Shown here piece after piece: positions 22,012 through 33,105 of a stretch of DNA of 64,000 nucleotides. This DNA is from Babesia bigemina. Its lineage: Eukaryota. The translations under genes were made by a program, and so were the position numbers. Position 1 is the first letter of the stretch. Each line of letters starts with the position of its first letter. A model generated the notes under the pieces. It did not search any database. It had not been told where the DNA came from and worked only from the letters and a program-made list of their open reading frames with translations. Location of the stretch: positions 558,001 to 622,000 of the forward strand of contig NC_027219.1 in NCBI RefSeq assembly GCF_000981445.1, read 5' to 3'.

Positions 22012-25000
22012 ATGGAGGAGCAGGGCAAGCCGCAGCCCGCCAGGGTTGTGACGGCGAACAAGCTGCTCCACTCCGTCCTACACGGCAGTTCGCCGCTTCT
22101 TCCACCCATGTTAAACGGCGTTAAGCCGAAGAATGAACCGGGGAAGGCGGTGTTGTTGGAGTCGATTGAGGATGACCAGGTTTGGTTCACCTACATTAAG
22201 GTGAGCGAATAAATAATCTTTGGCTACTGTGTGCTGTGGAGGCTGCCGTCGCACCCCTTGCGACGTGGCACCTCAACTTGAAAACACAGCGATGAGGCGA
22301 ATGTGGTCACAGAAGCCTTCTACAAATGAGGTTTTGATACTTTCTGCAGGCTTCCAAGGATGGAGGGCTGCTGGAGGAGGCATGTCGTGTCTTTCCTAAC
22401 TATTGGAAGGCCCATCACCGCTGTGCGCTGTACCACGTCTACCACAAGCAGACGCGTAAGGCCTTCGACGCCTACGTCAGTGCAATGAAGGAGATGGATG
22501 ATTACGACCTCTACATATGCTACCTCAAGTTCCTCTACTGCATGGCTTCAGTACACGAGTATATCGCAGGGCTCTTCACCGCGGTGGACAAGGTAGGGCG
22601 AAAGGTCCGTGCGACAACGCGCTGCAGGTTGGCATGGACCTGCGGTCCGACCCGCTGTGGAGGGAGCTGATTGTAGTGCTGGTGAAGATCTACAACTGCA
22701 ACCTCATGGACCACAATGTGCACACCGGATTGCTGCCAAACCTCTTCCCTCCCGTGAGTTGCCGCGTGCTGTGTATTAATCTGTGTCAGGACTCCGAAAC
22801 GGTGTCGGTATCGATCCCTCTGTACCCGTCCGAAACGGAGCAGGTGGTCTTTCGCGGCGTGAACAGCCTGGACAAGGGCGAGCAGACCTACGTGCAGCTA
22901 TACGGCGACGTGAACCACATTCGTAAGATGTTCCACAGGGTGGGTGCGTGTAGACCTATTATAAACTGTGCCAGTGGCTACGGTCGCCTACTAACAACCT
23001 GAAGCAAGCCCTGGATGGCTATTCGGCCTTCGAGAATATCGCAAGCGCAGCCAATGTGCTTTGCACGAAGCTGCTCTCTGAGGCCAAGACAACCTATGAG
23101 ACGTCGGTTGCAGTATATGAGAAGCTCTCCGGGATGTACAGAAATGTGCTTCCTGCGCAGCCCGCCAGGAGGCGCCAGCTTAACGCCGAGCAAACGGCCG
23201 AACAGCAGCGTCAGGTCGGGTTCTGGACAGAGATCATTAAGTACGAGGAGAGCAACCCCCTCGGCCTTCCCGCCTCCGAACTGGCCGCCAGGGTCTTATT
23301 CACGCTCCGAGGCGCCTTGTCGCCGCACATATTCTCAGACAGCCTTTGGTACATGTACTTCCAGTTCCTGCTGGCGAACGACCGGCGTGAGAAAGGTACA
23401 CCGATCCAGTGGCAACTTCACAACTATTTTCAGCTGTCGAAACGCTGCGTTACGCGATACGCAACTACTTGCAGGACGACGGTGGGTTTGCGGTGTCTGT
23501 CGCCGTTATTGCGCGTAGGAAAGATGCAGTTTGTACTGGCTGCCTATTTGGACGACGGCGGCGAGTCCGCGGCCACAGAGTTCGGGAGGCTGATAGACCC
23601 CGGTCTGCGCCTCGTTGAGGATGGCGAGACCGGCGCCGACGAGACGCAGCTGCGGCACATCCTGCGGTTCGACGCGTCGGACTCCTCCACCGCGGTGCAG
23701 CCGGCCAGGCTCATCCACTACCTCAACTACGTCCGTCGCAACCTGGGGCGCGTGAAGTGGCACGAAGACCTGCAGGTGATCCTCACTAAGCGCGAGCTGC
23801 TCAGCTGGGAGCTGTACTGGTACGCGGCCGACACCGAGGTCCGTTGCTTCGGCGACGTGGACGCCGCAGCCGCCTTCCTCAGCGAGGCCCAGCAGAGTCT
23901 GCCCTTCGACATGCACTACACCATGCTTCACCTGAGGTTCCTGCTCAACATGGGTCGTCTCGTAGATGCACGTGTGCTGCTGACCCAGCTTGTGGTGGGC
24001 GCGAATGTGGCTGGTGAGACCAAGTGCAAACCAACCGCGTCCGATAAAATCGCATTGTGGCACTTTTGGCTCCACACGGAGTATTTCTACGGAACCAAGG
24101 CGCAGTTCACGCAAGTGAGATCGCTGTTCGTGCAGTTCCGCGTCGCGTCTGAGGTGGGCTTGGACGTCTTCGCGGAGAAGTCGCACCGCAACGGCGTCAG
24201 CACCATTCGCCAGATCTTCGGCAACATAGGCCCTTCTTTCATAAAAGCCCACATGGATTCCAGCAAGCGGGTGGCAACTGCGGACATGCACGCTGTGGTA
24301 GAGCTGCGCAAGCACCTTTTCTGCGTCGGCCTGGAATACGACGACCTGGACAGGGTCTTCTTCTTCGCCACCAGGCGCCCCGAGGTCGCTGTGGAGAAAG
24401 CCGCCAGCTCCGAAAAGGAGGCCGAGAAGTACATATCGCCGTCCAACTTCGCGCATCGTTCTGAACCCGACCAGGACAGCACCCGCCGCCACGTGTTCAT
24501 CACCAGACCCGACGTGGCCGCGCTTGCTCCGCTCGACCCCCACAACGTCATCCCCGTTGAGTCTATGATCACGTTGCACGGCGGCAAACGCCCGCCGCTG
24601 CCCGATGCGGCCAAACCCATGGATACAGTCGCCACTCCGCCGAAGGTGCTCTTCGACTTGCTGCGCGTGCTGCCCAACCCCAACCCCAGGGGACCTTTCC
24701 CCAAGATGTACGGAAACGCTGAAGCCATAGACCACCTGATACGCTCGCTGGAGTGCGCCGGCTTAAAGGACGTGCAACTTCTGGACTACCAGCCGATCCC
24801 CGTGAACCAGCTGCTGCACCTGAAGAAAGTCGGTGCATCCGACAGCCAAAACATCGAGGTGGGTCCCCATTTCGCGTGGTGTAAACCAATGCAGGAGTCC
24901 GTCGAGTCCGCCGCCAAAGAGGGCGCCTTTGAGCTAAACAACGGACTGTTTTCGATCCTCCGCTTCGTCGAGGTGGGTTTCTGGGCTGCTGCAGAGTCGC

Positions 25001-25089
25001 TCATTTGTGCGCAGGGCCACGTAGGCGCGGACGAAGCCAGCCGCTTGAGGGCAAAGCGAGCGTCTAAGAAGCAGAAACTAGCTATATGA
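22012..25089 (+). CDS. Cleavage stimulation factor 77 kDa / Rna14-like HAT-repeat protein, multi-exon
   Basis: HAT-like helices (W.EIIKYEESNPL, LWYMYFQF, LW.FWL.TEY.YG). Suf-like C-terminus RPDVAALAP..P and PPKVLFDLLRVLP. Many short GT-AG introns. Confidence 0.72.
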
Positions 25090-25093
25090 CACA

Positions 25094-26305
25094 TTAACTG
25101 CCTTTAAGTGCTTTCTGTAACTCCAGTTTGGCCTCTTGGTCGCGGAGGCAGTATCCCAGCGCCAGCTGCCAGAAGCACAGCTGGACGCATGAGGATCCCG
25201 TTTGCTGTATGATAACTCGTGGCGATGCGGTGGCTCCGGGCTGCACGGGCTGCGGCGGCGGTTGCTGCGCCATTGCCATCCCCGTCAGCGACTCCACCAC
25301 CATGTCGGTCGACTCCTGCATGGCGTCGAGCACCCCCGATGTGATGTTCTCGAGCAGCGAGTTCGCTGTGTCGTCTGGCAGGCGCTTGATGTACGACAGT
25401 AGGCTGTCGGTGTTGTAGTTCGGGATGATGTCGTCCTTCAGCTGCGCGCCGGCAGTGTCCATCGCCTCCGGGGACGAAGCCGCGGCCGACTGCTTCCCGA
25501 CAGGCTCCGGCTGCAGCTGCTGTGCCAGGCAGTAGCGGCACTCGGCGTTCCACAGCATGTACCCGGTCATCTGCATGCTGTGTATGAGCGCCGCCAGGCG
25601 TTCCGCCGTGGTTATCATCGTCGTTTCCACGCAGTAGCGGTAGAACGTCCCCACCAGAGCGGCCACAGTGCTCTTCACGGCTTCGCGCACCCTCAAGGGC
25701 GCCCGCTCCACGAACATTGACATGACCGCTGAGGGCTGTGAGTTCACCAGAGGTCCGTATGGTGCCGCATCCACGCTGCCAGCGCTTGACACGCCGTCCG
25801 CCACCGGAAGCGCCATTTGGAAGTTGAAAGCTGGCATCGGACGCGCCCCCTGTACCTTTAAGGCCCTGAGGCCGTTAGCGGCTCCCGGTGCAACAGGAAC
25901 ATCGCCCCTTGCGCCGCGTCCACCGAATATCCGCTTCAAGGTCATCCACAGTCGACCCAACACACTCCCCGGATTGGCTCCATGCAGGTTTGTAGTGCCC
26001 GTCGCAGTTGCATCAGCTACATTGGTCGCTCGTACGTCCGAACGCCTCTTCGCGCTGTAATTCGTCGTGCTATTTCTTACCGGTGATTGCCGGAGTACGT
26101 TCCTCGGCATGGAGCCAGCAGAAGCCACCAGGTTTGATCCGACCCATTGCGTGTTGCTTAGGAACCCGGTAGCGTGGAGCCCACCGCCATTTGGCCGAGG
26201 AATCTTCGAGAGCGCCGCCGCCAAGCGGGAGCAGGGCGCGCTGCCCAGCCGGCAGACTGTGAGCAGCAGCAAGCCGCTACACCATAATCTTGCGTTTGCA
26301 ACCAT
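25094..26305 (-). CDS. DUF760-family protein with a bipartite (apicoplast-like) leader, intronless
   Basis: REAVKSTVAALVG...ITTAERLAALI.SMQMTGYMLWNAE.RYCL, plus a second half-repeat (LLSYIK.L...QLCFWQLALGYCLRDQE). Hydrophobic N-terminus followed by a K/R/S/N-rich segment. Confidence 0.72.
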   Translation of the reverse strand: MVANARLWCSGLLLLTVCRLGSAPCSRLAAALSKIPRPNGGGLHATGFLSNTQWVGSNLVASAGSMPRNVLRQSPVRNSTTNYSAKRRSDVRATNVADATATGTTNLHGANPGSVLGRLWMTLKRIFGGRGARGDVPVAPGAANGLRALKVQGARPMPAFNFQMALPVADGVSSAGSVDAAPYGPLVNSQPSAVMSMFVERAPLRVREAVKSTVAALVGTFYRYCVETTMITTAERLAALIHSMQMTGYMLWNAECRYCLAQQLQPEPVGKQSAAASSPEAMDTAGAQLKDDIIPNYNTDSLLSYIKRLPDDTANSLLENITSGVLDAMQESTDMVVESLTGMAMAQQPPPQPVQPGATASPRVIIQQTGSSCVQLCFWQLALGYCLRDQEAKLELQKALKGS

Positions 26306-27009
26306 ACAACCGGCGGTTGACGCTCCGTTGTCACTATGGCTTTTCAAGAAGCGGATTCCGTGCCCCTTATGCTGGCAGAGGCGTAAGGCCGATGGGATGC
26401 CGTATGCCCGAATCTTTAATCATTTTTTAGACCCACTATGTGATATTTTTGTATTGCGTGTATCTACTTCCAGTGTCTGCCGCGGTACGCGTCGTCGTCT
26501 ACCAGCGTGGCCTTCCTACGTGGGAGCGGGCCGGCTGAAGCCGAGACCACACATGTACGAGCCAAACCGTTCAGAACAGAATGGCTTCATACATGCAGCT
26601 TCCTGCAGCATTCAGGGAGGATTTCGACTGGGCTGTATTTCGTGTCTGGTTTCAACGACCCTCTGTCAACGGCCGCGCTAAGCGCTGCTTGCTCCGCACA
26701 TTGGCGCGTTTTTAGGGAAAATCATCACGATATATTACGGTTTATGTGACGGCGATACGATGGTGCCATTTACGCCTGCGGAAGGCGTGACGATACACAC
26801 CACAAGCATCCCCAAACGACATCAGAGCCGCGGACATGCTTCGCATACGAAGGCCAAACATTAAGCGCGGTCGCATTTCATTCTTCATAGGCGATATTCC
26901 GTGAATGGATGCTGATCCCTAAATGATTCCGGAGTCACACACCTATTCTGGGTGTGTGACTCGAACAAGACACGTACGACGCGTTGGCCGCGTATAGTCA
27001 CAGATTGCA

Positions 27010-28232
27010 ATGCTTCGACTCGAGAGGCTGGTCGTATGGCTGCTAGCCACTTGCTTGGCGGTCTCGGCCTTGCCAAAGGCGTTGCATTCCCAGCGTCCGT
27101 CGGCCGCCAGTTCGTTACAGCGTCTAGGAAGGTTTTTGCAGTCAAAGGCGCATAGCCACGAGCCAACGGACGGTCACGACGGAGAGGGGGATGAAATCGC
27201 GGAGATGCGAAAGTTGGGCGCCGACGCTGCGGCAGAAGGCCACAAACAGAAGGGCGAGATGGAGGTCGTGGACTCCCAACGTAAGCAAGAGATCGCAGAC
27301 GACATGACCCGCCAACTCGAGAAGATGCGCGAGGGAGCCAAGCGCATGCAAGAGGACGCCAAACAGCACGCTGGCGAGGTCAAGAGCGCCGCTGTTGACA
27401 CATCTGTGGCCACAGCTTCCATCCCGAAAGACAGTGGTAGGTGCTAGCAAATGTGTGTTCACGACTTCGCAGCGGGCAACATAATTATTACCAACCAGAC
27501 GCATGACTACCCGCGCAAACCGCAGGATCAGGCCGACCCCATGAAGGCGCTGAAAACAGCGACGGAGAACCTGTACCAGCGGTAAGTACACGCGAATAGC
27601 CCCTTAAGCATTGTCGTTTCAGGGCCCGGCACAAGAACCTGCCAGTCCCCGAACCGGGTGAACTAAACACACCGGAACAGATATACCAGGCTCTCAACCG
27701 TCTCGAGTACATAGTGGACGGCTACAGGCATGCCCAGCTCGAGTCGCCTAATCCCGACCTCAACATCACCGATGAGCCCGAGAAGTCTCAACACGCTGAA
27801 GAGGACGAGCTTGAAAACACAGAGGACGACGCTGCAGCCGACGAGTCCCCCGTCGATGACGCCAGGTTCATGCAGACCACTGGCAAGGCAGCCCGCGCGC
27901 CCGACGATGATGACGGTGACAACGGAGACGATGATGACAATGACAACGGAGACGATGATGACAATGACAACGGAGACGATGAAGAGGGGGGGGATGACGA
28001 CGGCGAACAGCATGGTGAGGAATGGCAGGAGAACGAAGACGAAGAGGGGGCGGGTAACCACAAGAAACCCGCTGATTCCAAAGATGCCAAGATGTCCCCT
28101 CAGGAGGCCATGGACGCCCTCGGCAAAACCATAGCGCATCTGGTGGAGACGTTGAACGCCGTTGTGGCATCGCACACTGGCGTGAGCAATGTCCTAATCC
28201 AACACGGCCCCACCAAGCCCCTGGCGAGCTAG
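27010..28232 (+). CDS. Secreted acidic (Asp/Glu-rich) hypothetical protein, 3 exons
   Basis: Signal peptide MLRLERLVVWLLATCLAVSA. Introns 27437-27472 and ~27582-27622 join the frames into one ORF. Asp-rich tract near the C-terminus. Confidence 0.75.
27903..27974 (+). repeat. Coding tandem repeat, 24 bp x 3 (DDDDNDNG)
   Basis: gacgatgatgac(gg/aa)tgacaacgga repeated three times. Confidence 0.9.
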
Positions 28233-28498
28233 GCCGCAATGATCGCATGTCGTTAGCGACAACGTTTTTACCTATATGCTGCACGGCAACAGGCGAAAAG
28301 CTATCGTTGGCCTAAAAACACAGCCGCAGAACAACTACCGCACGTAACTGCGCGCAGATGCGCCTATGCAAGAACAGCTTTAAAACGTTCCAGATTAAAT
28401 AGCTCCGTTTTGGGGCGCCCGTTCATTTAACGAGCTTATGCAGCAGTGGAATCGCCAAATTCCAACCGCCTACCCGCGTTAGCGGGTCATTGAAATGT

Positions 28499-29086
28499 CT
28501 AAGAAGTCTTGGCCGTTTTGGCCTTTTCCTTCTGCGATGTGTAGGCCTCGAGTATGGAGCGCTTATTGCCACTCTGCCCCTCAGGCATGCGCAGCTGGGA
28601 TGAGACCGTGCTCCCGGCCGTGTCCCTCGTGATGTACCCCTCGCAGGCCTTCTGAAACGAGTTTTGCGCGAGCGAGTCCTGCACGATCCCCGAGAGCACC
28701 TTCATCGCCATGCTCTTCAGCCCCCCCAACGGTGTCGGTGTAAGCACGGTAGGTTTCTCCGGTGCGACCGACAGTAACCCGTCGAGGCTAGGCGCATCGT
28801 ACCGCCAGTGTTTTCCGATCTCCAGCTCTTCCGGGCTCTTCGGCGGGACGAAGCGGAGGTACCACTTTACCTGCCATGGCAACTTGTTTTCCACCAATGA
28901 GCCAGGCTCCTGGGTGGATACGAACTCATCTGAAAAATGCCAATCCGCCGTCACCGTTTCGATTTCGGCCTCGTCCAACACCTTTTTCCGCGGCTTATAC
29001 GTGTCCGGGGAAGGTCGATAAAAGACGCGCCCATCTGTAGACTCCGGAGGTTGAATCGCCTCTCCGGGCCCGCTATCAACGTCCAT
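28499..29086 (-). CDS. Hypothetical protein (195 aa; a 5' exon is possible)
   Basis: ATG-initiated ORF with coding-like composition filling the gap between flanking genes. No family recognised. Confidence 0.55.
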   Translation of the reverse strand: MDVDSGPGEAIQPPESTDGRVFYRPSPDTYKPRKKVLDEAEIETVTADWHFSDEFVSTQEPGSLVENKLPWQVKWYLRFVPPKSPEELEIGKHWRYDAPSLDGLLSVAPEKPTVLTPTPLGGLKSMAMKVLSGIVQDSLAQNSFQKACEGYITRDTAGSTVSSQLRMPEGQSGNKRSILEAYTSQKEKAKTAKTS

Positions 29087-29397
29087 GATGCCAATTTTGG
29101 CCGCCTATTGGCCGATGTGGCCCGCACATACCGGATTATTGGCGGCGTAGCACCGACCGCTACGCTGCCGTGGGTGGAGGCACAGCGTCACCACGGTGGC
29201 ATACTGTGCCATCAACGACCCAGACGGCTGTACCTGTGTGTGTATAAGAGCTGCGGAGCATCCCGTGGCGTCGAATATGCGGCCTGCCGAAGGGTAGCCC
29301 GATTGTGCGGAAGGCTGCGTACACACCGGGGTCTACGGCGGTAGTAAATTTGGAATCCACAGTTTGTTGTTGCCACGGTATTCGCGTTTTGCCAAAA

Positions 29398-30512
29398 ATG
29401 TTCGGAAGTCCGATTGCAGGGCGCATCTGCTCGATCGAGGGGAACAACATATGCGCGGATTGCGGCGGCCGTTCACCTCGCTGGGCGAGCGTTAACCTCG
29501 GCGTGCTGCTGTGTATAAACTGTTCGGGCGTCCACCGCATGCTGGGAGTACATGTATCTCAGGTGAAATCGCTCACCTTGGACAATCTGAAGCCCGAGTG
29601 GATAAAGGTAGGCATCTGCGTCCGCCAGGCAGTCCGTGCAGGTTCTCACCAATGTCGGCAACGAGATAGCCAACAGCTACTACCTCCACAAGCTCCCGTC
29701 ACACGCTCCGAGACCCCACGCAAATACTTCCGCCAAGTAAGCGCCTAATCGGCGTGTGCGCTAATTGTCTGCATCAGGGATATGGAGATATGGATCCGTA
29801 ACAAGTACGAGCGTAAGATCTATGCCATGGATGGTGTAGAGGAGCCTTACATCCTGCTTGCCAAAGGTGCGTGGCATTGTCGCGTTGCGATGCAATTCAC
29901 TCAGGATACAATCCCCGCGAGATAATAGCCAAGGGCACCTTGGGACCAGCTGCTCGTCCACAATCTCAACCCGCTACGCAGGAGCCCGCCAATACAGCTA
30001 TGGGAGGCAGTATAAAGGGGTTCGGAGGTCCGGAAGTCCCTGTGTGGTGCGTTTTGCGGGCGTATACAACCACATGTGTGTCAGCTCTTCGACATCTGAG
30101 GACCTGTTTGGTAATGCCAACGCACATGGGAACGCCGTCTTCCAGGATTCGGCGCCACAGGCCAACTGGTCCGGTGACTTTTGGCCCACTTCAACCCCGA
30201 GCAAAGGCCGAAAGGCGTCGTTCGACAATGACCTAATCGGCACTGTGCCCTCGAGCGTGAGCTTCGAAAGCAACAAGGTCGCAGAAACCAAAATTGAGGC
30301 GGCAAAGGACTCCATATCCAAGCTATTCGACAACCCGAGCCAAATAGGCTTCAAAAACTCGTCCTACGAGCAAAAGGTAGGCTAAAGCCTCATTGCGCTA
30401 ACCTGCGGCGCAGACCCCCAACTGCGTCCAAGGCGACCTCTTTGACTTCAACTTCAGCGATCTCGGCAATAAGCTGCAATCGCAGCAGAAGCAGAATGAC
30501 GACTTAATATGA
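29398..30512 (+). CDS. ADP-ribosylation factor GTPase-activating protein (ArfGAP), multi-exon
   Basis: NNICADCG..SPRWASVNLGVLLCINCSGVHR.LGVHVSQVKSLTLD, then GNE.AN and WIRNKYERK. Last exon ...DLFDFNF...DDLI*. Confidence 0.92.
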
Positions 30513-31311
30513 GTCCTGTAACAACACGCACCATAATTGGACATGTGCTTGCGTTTGCAGAGCATGTCAGACTGAATTGATTCCTAATTGTTCACATCCC
30601 TGATACGTATTCTTCATTCAAGACTGCGCACTGTGTGACTGCCAGTGGTTCCTGCCTATGGGGCTTGCTGGGACACCGGCAACGCCTTGGATTATGCACC
30701 CGATGTGCTGCTACATTGGATAATCGTTGGCCAACGCGTCCGCGAACACCTTGGAAATGAAACCTTTGAAATACGTTTATAAGCTATACAACGCTTAATA
30801 CTTGCATCTGTCCAAGACTTTTGAATCGAATACCCAAGTGTCATCATTAGGTATAAAACGGGTTTGAATCTAACCACCCAAGTGGCCTTGATAAGCAACC
30901 CATAATGACGCTGTACGTTGGCCATCTTCACTTCCAGCAACTACTCAAAAAACAGAACATGAATGGTACACTACCCAAATCACCCACGTAATCCTCAATC
31001 ATCACGGTGACGATGGGAATTAAGGATACGCAGTAGGCCGACCATATCAGTCGGTGAGCGACACGATAATTCCATTCAATCAGCAAGACTAACGCCAATA
31101 ATATGTAACTTATATCACATTAAACATATAAATTCAAACGACAGTTTCTAAGCGCAAAACTTCATTGACGGAGCCCTTCTTGTCGTAAAGCTCCTCAGCA
31201 AATGCAGACAGCTACAGTTCGCGTAGCAGCTGCCGCCACATTTGAGCTACTGACACATTGACTGGATGGATGGTGCGTTTGAAGTAAAAATGTAGAAGGG
31301 GGCAATCCAGC

Positions 31312-32008
31312 TTAGCCGACGGTGCAGCAGGCAGCCCTGTCAGCAACCTTTTCAACTGCGGCAAAGTTAATTCAAGCTTTGTATCGACCTACCTCCCTCA
31401 GCTTCGACGTAGGTGGTGGTGGTGGCAGTCATGCTGTCGTCGAGGTACTGCTGTCCACCGTTGTCAACATCAGTGGCGTGGTCGGCCTTCTTGACCTTAA
31501 GGACGGGGATGACGTGCTCGACAATCATGATCTTGGGCTCCTCGACGATCTTCTCCTTCATGACAATCTGAGGGACCTCGACCTCCTTCTCGACGTATTT
31601 GATCTGGGGGACCTCGACGATCTTGTCCTCGTACACAATGCGTGGCACGTGCTTGTGCTTCTCGACGACGACCTCCTTCTTCACGTACACGGGCTTGTAC
31701 TTGACAACCGGCACATCGACATCGACGTACTTGTCGACATACTGGATTTCGGGGACCTCGATGATCTTCTCCTCGATGATCTCCTTCTCAACCTCGACGA
31801 CCTTGGTCTACACATCATTACGGGGCATGCACTGGCGACGAACCTGAGTCACAGGCTCCAACACCTGGTAGTGGCCGACGTCAATGTTGGTAATTGAGCT
31901 GGCGCTGATTCCGGCGTTGATGAGAACCTGGCGGTGGGCGTCAATCGCGTTGGTGGGAGATTCGACGGCAACGTTGCCGCGAGTGCAGCAGTCGAAGAGG
32001 GATATCAT
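31312..32008 (-). CDS. Alveolin / inner membrane complex (IMCp-domain) protein, 3 exons
   Basis: EKIIEVPEIQYVDKYVDV and EDKIVEVPQIKYVEKEVEVP alveolin repeats. N-terminal FDCC. Introns 31808-31843 and 31356-31392 give the C-terminus AACCTVG*. Confidence 0.88.
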
Positions 32009-32302
32009 TTTGGATAAATGTGAATGCGTTCCCAAAACAAATATTACGATTGTACCTGAATAATACAGTAGCGTGCGGCATTCCCGGAGAACGCGCAAGG
32101 GGGCACCGTAGTGCAGTGCGTAGGCATGATGTCGATTTCCGCGCGAGCTGCCGTAACGTGATTGATAGCAGAGTGCGCTACGATTTTGAACACTTTTTGC
32201 GTAATTTCGACGTTTTTTTACAACTGTGTTGTGGCGCTACGGTGGAATATGCTTGATCTCACATTGATCCTTCCGCTCCCGTTAAACCCCTTCCGGCACC
32301 AA

Positions 32303-32793
32303 TCACCACCTGGGACGAATTTCTCTGGTGACGAAATGGCGGCCTTCAAGTGATGTGTCCGGTAAATTCAGCCAACTTTCGTGTGTAGTACGAGCCTTGG
32401 TCAGGGTGCCGTCTGTGTACTTAACTACATCGAACATATCCAGCATCATGGGCTACACATCGATGTAGTGCTTAAACACATTGCATTACTAACCTGCTTC
32501 CAGTTCAGAGGCTTTCGTTTCATCCATGCGGTTTTGCGGATTCGTGTTCGTCTTTTTGATGGCTTCTTCTTCGGCACTGCGTACAGTGCAGATTGCCTGT
32601 AATGAACGTTTTCGTATAGATTCGATGCGATTGGAGCTGCGATGAAGGTTGAGACGGCTGTCGGCTGAATTGTCCGTACGTGCGTGTCAACGGGAGGCGC
32701 TGGTAGCAACTTTCCAGGCGTCACCCAGCGTGCGGTGTATACACATCTAGTCACCCAGCCGTAAAACAACACAGAGAGACATAACGTAATCAT
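32303..32793 (-). CDS. Organellar (probably apicoplast) ribosomal protein bL32-like, 2 exons
   Basis: AVPKKKPSKRRTRIRK, the bL32 signature, follows a hydrophobic signal-like leader. A predicted intron after NWKQ gives a last exon ending IRPRW* (3' end less certain). Confidence 0.7.
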
Positions 32794-33105
32794 CCAGATG
32801 TCGATGTCGCCTGTAATAGGCAATTTGCTGGCAACTCGTCGTCTCAGTGCGTTCCTTCCATCAGTTTGCGCCTGTACACTTCACTTAATTGTGTTTCATG
32901 GCGTTTATTTGCCGTTTTTAGCCTCCGTTGCTCCGGTTATCTTCTTCAGGTGACCCGACATCTATTTGGCGCGGGCACCGTCGCCGATGGAATCTCTGAA
33001 CGTAGATTTGACAACTGACGGGCGAATATAACTCAATCCTAATTAAGTCAACTGCCAACCAGTTGGCAAGGTGTCGCGGCGTCAGATATTGTGGGCGCTG
33101 GCGGC

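Noticed and set aside
23506..24735. 409-aa antisense ORF, and similar ones at 31322-31897, 39647-40552, 42113-43078 and 52350-53252
   Set aside because: Shadow ORFs opposite well-supported genes. GC-rich third codon positions suppress antisense stops, and the translations have no recognisable motifs.
30692..30940. 82-aa ORF between the ArfGAP and alveolin genes
   Set aside because: Non-ATG start and no motifs. It lies in the probable 3' UTR region of convergent genes.
31808..31810. In-frame TAG in the alveolin gene suggesting readthrough or a pseudogene
   Set aside because: It is the acceptor of a 36-nt GT-AG intron (31808-31843).
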